This document shows positions 18,622 to 26,348 of a stretch of 64,000 nucleotides of DNA, one piece after another (position 1 is the first letter of the stretch; every line of letters begins with the position of its first letter). The position numbers and the translations under genes were made by a program. The stretch comes from an uncultured virus (IMG/VR IMGVR_UViG_3300028888_000132) (Duplodnaviria > Heunggongvirae > Uroviricota > Caudoviricetes): IMG/VR virus record IMGVR_UViG_3300028888_000132; one strand, written 5' to 3'. The notes beneath the pieces are model-generated. The model had not been told where the DNA came from. It saw only the letters and a program-made list of their open reading frames with translations, and did no database searches.

Positions 18622-18909
18622 TTACCAATGAGTTGAATAAAAAGCCCAATTTCTTCTATTTTCCTTGTTAAACGGCTTCCCATCAAAATAATGTGTAATC
18701 CTCAACGACTTTATAAATCTGTTGTTTTCGCAACTCGACAAAGGTATTACAACACCACCGATTATTTCATTTTTCCACCTTTCTCTATTTTCTTTCGTAT
18801 CTTTCTCGCTATATACTCTGTATTCTCTTGGAAAGGTATTGTTTGCAGCAGTTAAAGCGACTATCATTCCGTTTTGCGCCTTAATACTTTTTAATAAACA
18901 TCTTGCCAT
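18622..18909 (-). CDS. Hypothetical protein
   Basis: 95 aa in array. Confidence 0.6.
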   Translation of the reverse strand: MARCLLKSIKAQNGMIVALTAANNTFPREYRVYSEKDTKENRERWKNEIIGGVVIPLSSCENNRFIKSLRITHYFDGKPFNKENRRNWAFYSTHW

Positions 18910-18920
18910 AATAAATCCTC

Positions 18921-19454
18921 CTATTTATTTGCGACCATATCAACAGCACCGAAGTACGATATAGTTTTGTTGTACAATTCTTTAAAATCTTCGTCAACAT
19001 ATTCCCCACCACATTTTTCAAACCATTGCTTAGAGGTACAGAACTTCTTATATTTGCCGCCTTCTTCGCTACCCAACATATAAGCGTATTCTATACAGCT
19101 AACTTTTCCGTATTTGTCTGTTGTAATGCGTACGAATATACCGCCGTTATTATTGTCTGCTTTTTTTATCATGTCACCAACTAATTGTGGTTTCGTGAAA
19201 TCCAAAGAATTTAAAGCGTCTATTTCATATTCGCTTGTAATGTCTAAACAGCCTTGCGGCTTTAAGTTTTCCGCAAACTTACCGTCATAACCGCTCGTAG
19301 ACAAAGTGCCGTTTAATATAGACACTAATTGTGAAGGCAAAATACGCCCAACTCCCCATTGATGATAAAACACCCTTGTGTTTATTTTTTCGTTGCTTGC
19401 AGCCCATTTACAGTTGTTTACGTGCTGCAAAATAATTGCTGTTCTCTGTCCCAT
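18921..19454 (-). CDS. Hypothetical protein (MGQR..FYHQWG)
   Basis: 177 aa; AGTACTAAC in leader. Confidence 0.7.
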   Translation of the reverse strand: MGQRTAIILQHVNNCKWAASNEKINTRVFYHQWGVGRILPSQLVSILNGTLSTSGYDGKFAENLKPQGCLDITSEYEIDALNSLDFTKPQLVGDMIKKADNNNGGIFVRITTDKYGKVSCIEYAYMLGSEEGGKYKKFCTSKQWFEKCGGEYVDEDFKELYNKTISYFGAVDMVANK

Positions 19455-19627
19455 GATAAAATCTCCTATTTTTTAAAGTTAGTACTGTTTCGTTTTTCTT
19501 TATTTATAAGAATCTCTTTTGCTTGTAATGTATATGTAAGAAATTAAAACTATAAATAGAAAATACCAAAATGGCAAATTCAAAAAACCATAAAGTGCAA
19601 AGAATAAAAACCATAAAAATACACCAA

Positions 19628-19858
19628 TCATTTTATGCCTCCTTTCTCAAAATTTGAACGTACATAATAAGAACACTTGATGTAAGAAATATTTTTGTTG
19701 AAAATATCAACGCCATTTTTCTGAAAATGTGACGTTATGTTATTACAGTAAGATGTAGCTATTTTATACGCTTTTCTAATATGGCGGCTTTTGCCATAAA
19801 GCATTTGGCATTTTGTTAATTGTGTCATAACGTCGTTAAATGATTTGTCTTTTTCCAT
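19628..19858 (-). CDS. Hypothetical protein
   Basis: 76 aa in array. Confidence 0.55.
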   Translation of the reverse strand: MEKDKSFNDVMTQLTKCQMLYGKSRHIRKAYKIATSYCNNITSHFQKNGVDIFNKNISYIKCSYYVRSNFEKGGIK

Positions 19859-19882
19859 AATCGAAATTATTAAAATTGTTAT

Positions 19883-20191
19883 TTACTCATTTATTTCGTA
19901 TTCGTAATCTTCCGCAATGTTACCCGCAGCCAACCATACAAAAAATACTTCTTTTTCGTGACGATTTTTTTCGTCAAATTCGCATCCATATTCCAAAAGA
20001 GCGTCTTCCAACATATTGTCTGTTAGTTTTGACAACTGATTTTTGATATAGTCAGTTTCCATAATATTTTCTACATCGTAGAGGCAATCTCCCTGATGAT
20101 AGCAATATTTTGCATCTTCCAAAGTCATTTCAAAGTCGAAATTCTTTTTGTAATTGTCATAATCAAAAGTTGTTGTTATCATTGTTTCCAT
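19883..20191 (-). CDS. Acidic hypothetical protein
   Basis: 102 aa, D/E-rich. Confidence 0.7.
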   Translation of the reverse strand: METMITTTFDYDNYKKNFDFEMTLEDAKYCYHQGDCLYDVENIMETDYIKNQLSKLTDNMLEDALLEYGCEFDEKNRHEKEVFFVWLAAGNIAEDYEYEINE

Positions 20192-20206
20192 AATCGTAAA
20201 GTTTAT

Positions 20207-20389
20207 TTATTCATCATATTCGTTAATATCTGTTATTTCATAACCAACATAAGAACCTTTGGTGTAATAGTAATGCGGATAGTCTTGCACCTTATCTTCT
20301 GCAACCTTTTTAGCCTCTTCAATGTTTTTTGCTTCTACCCAAATTGTCTTTGACATGGTAAAGTCAATTTCTACTGCAAATGTTTTCAT
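20207..20389 (-). CDS. Small hypothetical protein
   Basis: VEAKNIEEAKKVAE motif. Confidence 0.65.
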   Translation of the reverse strand: MKTFAVEIDFTMSKTIWVEAKNIEEAKKVAEDKVQDYPHYYYTKGSYVGYEITDINEYDE

Positions 20390-20408
20390 AATCGTAATTT
20401 TTAATTTG

Positions 20409-20591
20409 TTAAATAATGCTGTTTTCTTTAAATTCCCTTATAAGACCGTAACGCCTTGCCAATTTTTCAAAATGGTTTCCCCAAAATGCTATTTCGCTCC
20501 ATGAGTAATTCTGAGAAACAGAATTATACTGCCATTCGATAGCCTCGTCTCTCGCTTCGGCTTTCTTCTGTTGATAAGTCTTTTTTGCCAT
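20409..20591 (-). CDS. Small hypothetical protein
   Basis: KAEARDEAIEWQ..YGLIREFKEN. Confidence 0.7.
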   Translation of the reverse strand: MAKKTYQQKKAEARDEAIEWQYNSVSQNYSWSEIAFWGNHFEKLARRYGLIREFKENSII

Positions 20592-20612
20592 AGTTGTAAA
20601 TTTAAATAGTTA

Positions 20613-20855
20613 TTAATGTTCGCTTACTTTCAGCCAATTTAAAACAGTGTCGCTCGTGTCGCCAAAACGAACGCCGTCAGCGTGAAAGGTGACTTCTTGC
20701 ACTTCATTTGGGTTAATAGTGAAATTGCGACAGCTCATGCAATTTAACGTGTCTTTTTCTGCAAATTCCTTTGCTTCGTCGTAACTCATCCGAGCAAGTG
20801 TTGAAACGTCGTATTTGTTCGGATTAAGGCTAATTGATAAGATTCTTACTTTCAT
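20613..20855 (-). CDS. Hypothetical protein
   Basis: 80 aa in array. Confidence 0.6.
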   Translation of the reverse strand: MKVRILSISLNPNKYDVSTLARMSYDEAKEFAEKDTLNCMSCRNFTINPNEVQEVTFHADGVRFGDTSDTVLNWLKVSEH

Positions 20856-20964
20856 AATATACGTTTTTAGTTGTTCATTACTTAAATTATACCCTTATGG
20901 CTTCTTGTAGTCCGTTCTAAGGGCTTAAATTGCAAAAGATGATAAATTACACATGGCAGAAATT

Positions 20965-21162
20965 TTAATAGAAATAAAGCCAAGAATTTGTAAAATTGTC
21001 TTCCCCATTATTTACCATATTCGAAAAATTTTCTACGTCCATAACCATTGCCGTTTCGTCAAGCATTTCTGATTGTACAGCAAGTTCTAAACGTTCTTCT
21101 GCGCTCATTGCGTCTAATTCGACCCTTTCGAAGTTGTCAACATCAAATAAAATTGCTTTCAT
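20965..21162 (-). CDS. Small acidic hypothetical protein
   Basis: 65 aa in array. Confidence 0.6.
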   Translation of the reverse strand: MKAILFDVDNFERVELDAMSAEERLELAVQSEMLDETAMVMDVENFSNMVNNGEDNFTNSWLYFY

Positions 21163-21219
21163 GTTACAAAAAATTTAGTTATTGTTATTAGTTTCCTATC
21201 CTATTAATTGCAAATCAAC

Positions 21220-21468
21220 TTAGATTTCAAATACTCTGATTTCGTTCGTTGTGTGTTCGTTTATAAATTCGCCTTTTAAATATGCGCAAAAATTGTCCTT
21301 TTTGTTTGTTTCAACAAAATAATGCCTTTCTTTTGAAATCTCCTTTTCTTCCTTCACAATATCGTTAAAAAATTTCTGCGCTTCTTTTTCGTTCGTAAAA
21401 CATTCTATTCTTACGCCGAAATCTTCTGAATTGCTTACAATGTGCTGAACAAATGAATAAACCTTCAT
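21220..21468 (-). CDS. Hypothetical protein
   Basis: 82 aa in array. Confidence 0.6.
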   Translation of the reverse strand: MKVYSFVQHIVSNSEDFGVRIECFTNEKEAQKFFNDIVKEEKEISKERHYFVETNKKDNFCAYLKGEFINEHTTNEIRVFEI

Positions 21469-21531
21469 TTTTAAACCTCCTATCTTTAATTACAAAAAAC
21501 TTTCTTTAATATCATCAAATTACAAAGATGT

Positions 21532-21879
21532 TTAAATTTCAAATATCCCTATCGCTTTGGCAATTTCTAAAACCTTGTTTTTTGATGATAACGCCGAAGG
21601 GATAAAAGTGCCGTTAGCAGACCTATAAAAACATTTTTTTGTTTCTACCCAATTATATGCGCCTTCACTTTTTGCAAAACCTATTGCGCCGTATTTCACA
21701 CGCCAATATTTTATTTTACTGCTTATATTACCGTCCATATAAAACGCCCTTAAATAACGCGTGCCGCTTTTGTCGATAAGCAATAAATGAGAGCGACTAA
21801 TGAGACTTTTTTTATAAAGTTCTTTCTTTTCTGATAATAAACGGTTTTGCGTCTCTTGTGGTAATTCTTCGAATTTCAT
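21532..21879 (-). CDS. Hypothetical protein
   Basis: MKFEELPQETQ.. 115 aa. Confidence 0.65.
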   Translation of the reverse strand: MKFEELPQETQNRLLSEKKELYKKSLISRSHLLLIDKSGTRYLRAFYMDGNISSKIKYWRVKYGAIGFAKSEGAYNWVETKKCFYRSANGTFIPSALSSKNKVLEIAKAIGIFEI

Positions 21880-21984
21880 AATATCAATTTTTTAGTTGTT
21901 AATAATGTTTCTTAATTTGTGGGTGCTGCTGGCATTTCTCGAAAACAGCATAACCGATTTTAACGGATGCACCCTAATAAAGTA

Positions 21985-22215
21985 CTAACTTAAAACAGCA
22001 AATAATTTGCCTCTTCCCATATCAATAATAACTTGGTCTTTTATAATTCCGTTGGCGTTGATAACATCGTAACATTTGCCAAGTTTAGAAAAATAGATTT
22101 CGCTTTCCCTAAGTTCGCAAATTTTCATATATTTACTTAAAAGGTGTTTTCTTAGCTCTTCTATATTTGGCGCACTTATCAATAAGCGCAAATCTTTCTT
22201 TGTAATTGTTCTCAT
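21985..22215 (-). CDS. Hypothetical protein
   Basis: 76 aa in array. Confidence 0.55.
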   Translation of the reverse strand: MRTITKKDLRLLISAPNIEELRKHLLSKYMKICELRESEIYFSKLGKCYDVINANGIIKDQVIIDMGRGKLFAVLS

Positions 22216-22457
22216 AGTCCTATTAAATCATTTAAAGTTATGTTATTAAATTCCTTCATTATTTCACACATTGCCAAATATCCGAAGCCCTCGCAGTATT
22301 TGAAAATTTTGCCCCTTCCGCTTTCATTCGGCATTATGTGCAAATACGGTTTTTCGTTCTTATATACCCATAAATGAGAAGTAAAAAAGCCCTTTTCTTT
22401 CGTCATTCTATAATTTATATTTTCGCCGCTCTTCGTGCGCTTCGTTATCGTTTCCAT
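22212..22457 (-). CDS. Hypothetical protein
   Basis: 81 aa in array. Confidence 0.55.
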   Translation of the reverse strand: METITKRTKSGENINYRMTKEKGFFTSHLWVYKNEKPYLHIMPNESGRGKIFKYCEGFGYLAMCEIMKEFNNITLNDLIGL

Positions 22458-22474
22458 AGTACACAGTTTTTTAT

Positions 22475-22720
22475 TTAATCATCTTCAAAGAATGAGGCAA
22501 AAAGCGATAATGTATATTTGTGTGCGTCTGTAATCAGTACGGCATAACGTATTTGTGCGCCTTTTTCAATGTTGAAATAGTCCTTATTCGTTAGCTCTCT
22601 GCCGCCTAAACTCAAAACGTCTTTTATGCCGTCTTGCAGTGCGTTTTCTGCTGATTTCCACGTCTTAAAATATCTATTGTATTTTTTGCCGTCAACGTCT
22701 TTGCAGTAAGTTATAAACAT
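22475..22720 (-). CDS. Hypothetical protein
   Basis: ATG start MFITYCK; AGTACTAAC in leader. Confidence 0.6.
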   Translation of the reverse strand: MFITYCKDVDGKKYNRYFKTWKSAENALQDGIKDVLSLGGRELTNKDYFNIEKGAQIRYAVLITDAHKYTLSLFASFFEDD

Positions 22721-22794
22721 AATCAATTATATTTTTGTTGGTTAGTACTGTTTAATAATGCCCGTTTTGCCGATAGCGCAGCAATCAATTTTAT

Positions 22795-23634
22795 TTACTC
22801 ATCACGCCAATACGTCCAAACGTTTAATTTTGAAAGCCCATACCTTTTCAAATAGGCTTGCAAACGCTTTTCGAATTTGTTGCGTTCATGCTTTAAACCT
22901 TCTAAAATTGTCGTTCTGTCTTCGTCGCTCATCTTCTCAACTTCTCCGTATCTCTGCGGATTGTCTTGTAATTCGCCCCAATGTACTGCGACAAACTCAA
23001 ATAAATTTAACGGCTCTTTTTGGCTTAAATAATGCAACCTTTTCAGATACCACGAACACCCAATAAATTTATAATTACTGCCTTCTCCGCAATTAGTTTG
23101 CAATGCTTCTATTTTTTCGTCGTAGCCTTCCAAATTGGCGTTTAAAAAATGTTGTTCGTTAGTTCTCGCAAAATGTGCCATTCTTTCGGCGTTGTCGTTG
23201 CTTTCGTTGTCAAATGGGCTACATGAATAACCGAAACAAAAGCGCGTTTCTATTCTTGGCTTTTCGAAGACTACCAAACCGCCATTTGAAAGACGAACAG
23301 CAGAAGAAAAAATACTTTTTTCATATTCTATCATTTTATCATCGCCTCCCCACGCCTTCCGCATTTCGTCCAAATACTCGTTTAAATATTCCTTATCGTT
23401 TCTTTTTGTCTCTGCCTTTGCGATAGTGGGAACGGATGCGGCAACAGTCCCGCCGCCATTTATGAACGTTTCGACGGCTTGACGTGCCTTTATTGGGAAA
23501 ACCCAACCAACGCCGCACGAAAGATATTTATTAAACTTTCCGCCCATGTTCTTTAATTCGTCCTTTACTTGCTTAGTGTCGCCGATAACGGCGAAAGCCT
23601 TTGCCGAATAGTCAATAATTTGTAAAGTTGCCAT
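22795..23634 (-). CDS. Hypothetical protein with an N-terminal DYSxKAxA..GGKFN..GWVF domain
   Basis: 279 aa; domain recalled from Bacteroidota mobile-element proteins; AGTACTAAC in leader. Confidence 0.7.
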   Translation of the reverse strand: MATLQIIDYSAKAFAVIGDTKQVKDELKNMGGKFNKYLSCGVGWVFPIKARQAVETFINGGGTVAASVPTIAKAETKRNDKEYLNEYLDEMRKAWGGDDKMIEYEKSIFSSAVRLSNGGLVVFEKPRIETRFCFGYSCSPFDNESNDNAERMAHFARTNEQHFLNANLEGYDEKIEALQTNCGEGSNYKFIGCSWYLKRLHYLSQKEPLNLFEFVAVHWGELQDNPQRYGEVEKMSDEDRTTILEGLKHERNKFEKRLQAYLKRYGLSKLNVWTYWRDE

Positions 23635-23677
23635 AAGTCAAAATATTTTAAGGTTAGTACTTTTCTTTTATCTGTTG

Positions 23678-23926
23678 TTATGCCTCATTTAATTCTATGT
23701 TGAAAAATTCGGCTATTTCTTCCACGCTATCGTTATAAAATTGCTCTTCGATTGCGTCCAAATCTTCGCCGCTCGTCTGCTCGTCAATGGCTTTTAAAGT
23801 CTCATCTTCTCCGATTTCAGAACGTTCTAAAAGTTCGTTTAATGTGCTAAGAGATTGCGCCCTAAAAAAGAACCTACTCAAAGAACTGTTATAATAAATT
23901 TCTTCGATTGTTATATTTGCTTTCAT
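23678..23926 (-). CDS. Highly acidic small protein
   Basis: 82 aa, E/D-rich C-terminal half. Confidence 0.65.
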   Translation of the reverse strand: MKANITIEEIYYNSSLSRFFFRAQSLSTLNELLERSEIGEDETLKAIDEQTSGEDLDAIEEQFYNDSVEEIAEFFNIELNEA

Positions 23927-24047
23927 AATTCTAATTTTTTAAAGTTAAATAAATAAGTCGCTTTTGTCCTCCGTTAGTCTGTTTCTTGTCTCTTTTGGCA
24001 GGGCTGAAATTACAGCCCATACCAAGAATATTATAAAAGTTTCCATA

Positions 24048-24476
24048 TTAAATGTATTTATAAGGGTTTGCGCCTAAAATTTCGGCTAATTGGATAATAC
24101 GAACGCTTAAAACGTGCCAATAATTAGACACTAATTTTTCAGCCCTTTTGTCGTTCTCGCCTTTGAGAAGTCCCCAAGAAATTAATAGTTTTTCGATGTC
24201 ATAATTTGAGTATTTCAACGAAATAACAGAAGGTAAACCACGCAACCAATCCGCCAACCTATCCGCCAAATTTGGGAAAACGTGTTTATTATATGCGCTA
24301 TTTCCGTCGCTGTCGAAACGATTAAAAAAATACTCGATTATTTCCCTATCGTTTGCAAACGTTTTGCCCTCATCCGTTGCGGCAGTACTGTATTTAATGC
24401 CGTCTAAAATATAAATAAATTGGTTGCCGTTGCGTCCGTTCTTACGGCTTTCTGATAAGTTTAAATTTGTTTTCAT
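24048..24476 (-). CDS. Hypothetical protein (DWLRGLPS motif)
   Basis: 142 aa; AGTACTAAC in leader. Confidence 0.7.
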   Translation of the reverse strand: MKTNLNLSESRKNGRNGNQFIYILDGIKYSTAATDEGKTFANDREIIEYFFNRFDSDGNSAYNKHVFPNLADRLADWLRGLPSVISLKYSNYDIEKLLISWGLLKGENDKRAEKLVSNYWHVLSVRIIQLAEILGANPYKYI

Positions 24477-24522
24477 AACTCTAATTTTTTGTTGTTAGTA
24501 CTTTTTTATCTATCTTTGCGCC

Positions 24523-24597
24523 AACCCTATATTTTTGGGGTTAGTACTTTTTTAAAGTGGGGGGCGGTCTGCGAGAGATAACCCCCCACTATTTGTT
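24523..24597 (+). ncRNA. Candidate antisense small RNA (about 70 nt)
   Basis: Promoter TTTG 24488 and TATCTTTG 24511; no ORF; 5' hairpin, GTTAGTACTTTT, terminator stem AGTGGGGGG/CCCCCCACT. Confidence 0.5.
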
Positions 24598-24598
24598 A

Positions 24599-25003
24599 TT
24601 ATCTTTCGAAATCGTGCGAAATTGTAACGGCGAAACCCTTTAAATTATTCGACAACGACACACGCACGTTATAACCTTCGAAATCTTTAAATAGTTGCGG
24701 CGTTAAATCGTCCATTTCTACCAACATAGAGAAAGAGAAAAAGCCCTTTTTCTTATCGTTTGTTGTATATGTCTTCTTAATGTCGGAAACCGCAATTAAT
24801 TCGTCGTTTTCGTATCTCTTGCAATAGTCAAACCAAACACGGCGATAATAAACCTCTTTCGCTTTGTTAGTCGCCTCTTTCAGTTGTTCGGCGTTTAGTT
24901 CGTAGATTTCGCCGTAATCGTTCACGAACATTAAAACATCTAATAACGTGGCGGCGTCTTTAATTCTCTTTAATAGTCTACTTGTAAAATGAATTGGTAA
25001 CAT
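24599..25003 (-). CDS. Hypothetical protein, first gene of the early array
   Basis: 134 aa; promoter TATCTTTG 25060-25053 and TTTG 25084. Confidence 0.65.
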   Translation of the reverse strand: MLPIHFTSRLLKRIKDAATLLDVLMFVNDYGEIYELNAEQLKEATNKAKEVYYRRVWFDYCKRYENDELIAVSDIKKTYTTNDKKKGFFSFSMLVEMDDLTPQLFKDFEGYNVRVSLSNNLKGFAVTISHDFER

Positions 25004-25167
25004 ATCAGTATATTTTTAAAGGTTAGTACTTTTCTTTTTCTTTTATCTATTGCAAAGATAATGCTTATTTGTGAAACCTGCAAATATTTTCAGAAAAAAA
25101 TCACGAAAAAATGCGTTTTTTTTCAAAATTCACTAATTTTGTGGCTTAATCATCTAAATTTTACGCT

Positions 25168-25719
25168 ATGGACTACACAATAAACACTATTAAAGTAGCT
25201 AAACAGTACAACCTAAACGAAAGAGACGTTTTGTTTTGTCAGCTCATCGCCAACGGAGCAAACAAAGGAGAGGCATATTATGTCATTTATGAACACGGCA
25301 CAAAATCAAAGATTAAAACAATCGAGCAAGCAAACACCGCCGCAAATGAATTTCTACGGCTGAACAAGGGTGCAACCGTACTAATCCAACGACTAAAAAA
25401 TAATAAAAAACTACTCACTGACGAAGCAAAAAACCAAGTCAATGCAACAACACAAGAAGAAGAAGAAAACGACGAGAGAATAAAAAAATTTTCAGACAAG
25501 TCGTATATTATTGGGCGGTTGGCTGTTCTTAGCGACCAAGTAGGAGGTAAAGAGAGGGCGCAAATACTTATGCAAATTGCCGACCTTCAAAGAATGAAGC
25601 AAGAAGAGAACCAAGTAGAAGAAGAACGACGCAAATTTTATTTGCCGTACGTGTCCCACTGTCGCACGTGTAAAATATTAGAAGTGTTCAAAGAACTAAC
25701 CGAAGAGAAAGAAAAGTAA
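25168..25719 (+). CDS. Putative terminase small subunit
   Basis: LNERDVLFCQLIANGANKGEAY HTH typical of TerS, followed by helical oligomerisation segments. Confidence 0.55.
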   Translation: MDYTINTIKVAKQYNLNERDVLFCQLIANGANKGEAYYVIYEHGTKSKIKTIEQANTAANEFLRLNKGATVLIQRLKNNKKLLTDEAKNQVNATTQEEEENDERIKKFSDKSYIIGRLAVLSDQVGGKERAQILMQIADLQRMKQEENQVEEERRKFYLPYVSHCRTCKILEVFKELTEEKEK

Positions 25720-25764
25720 TTTAATTTTATACCTATAAAATTAAAAACAATGAGAAAGAGCGAA

Positions 25765-26030
25765 GGAAGAAGGGGCGAGGGGGTAGGGGGTAAAAACCGC
25801 CGCAACCCCTCAGAACATACCCCACCCCCAAGAAAGAAAAACAAAAGGGGGCATTCATTCTCGCTCAAAATTTTTTTCTGATTTTTTTATTTTTCTTTTT
25901 TTCTGAGGGGAGTGTTAATAAAAATTCGTTGTTGTGATTTGTTATTTTGGTTGTTTTTAGTTGTAGAGTTGTGTTGATTTTTGGTTGTAGAGTTATTGTG
26001 AGGTTGTATTTGTGTTGCTTTATTTGTGAA
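25765..26030. other. Candidate packaging and/or replication origin region
   Basis: G runs (GGGGCGAGGGGGTAGGGGG), C runs, A/T tracts, then iterated GTTGT and GTTGTAGAGTT; strand composition flips. Confidence 0.45.
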
Positions 26031-26348
26031 AAACGTCGAAATTCGATGTTTTTTGCAAAGAAAGAAGAAAAGGAGTATAAAAGAAGAAAGAAAGAAATAT
26101 ATAAAGAAAGAAAGTGTATTAAAAAACAAATGATGCAACACAACAACACATATTTTAAACACAATGAATTTTCGCATTGAATTTGCGTAAATGTCTGAAA
26201 ATTATCGTATATTTGCGATGAAAATGTATGAAATTGTGAAAAGTGCTATAATGTGTTCACACTGTGCAATTTTAGTCAAAATTGGTTTAAGTAGTTGATT
26301 TACTGCGCATAGAAAAGCAACACAAAGTTTTTTTATAATAGATTTTAT

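Larger units (their letters stand above)
19478..25030. repeat. Dispersed GTTAGTACT (minus strand AGTACTAAC) motif
   Basis: Copies at 19478, 22741, 23653, 24494, 24540 and 25022; inverted copy at 21981. Confidence 0.8.

Noticed and set aside
16691..25003. Integron-like attC cassette array
   Set aside because: Intergenic gaps share only short leader motifs; no consistent long imperfect palindromes bound each gene
25865..26180. ORFs of 77-99 aa in the terS-helicase gap
   Set aside because: Low-complexity artefacts of skewed non-coding DNA
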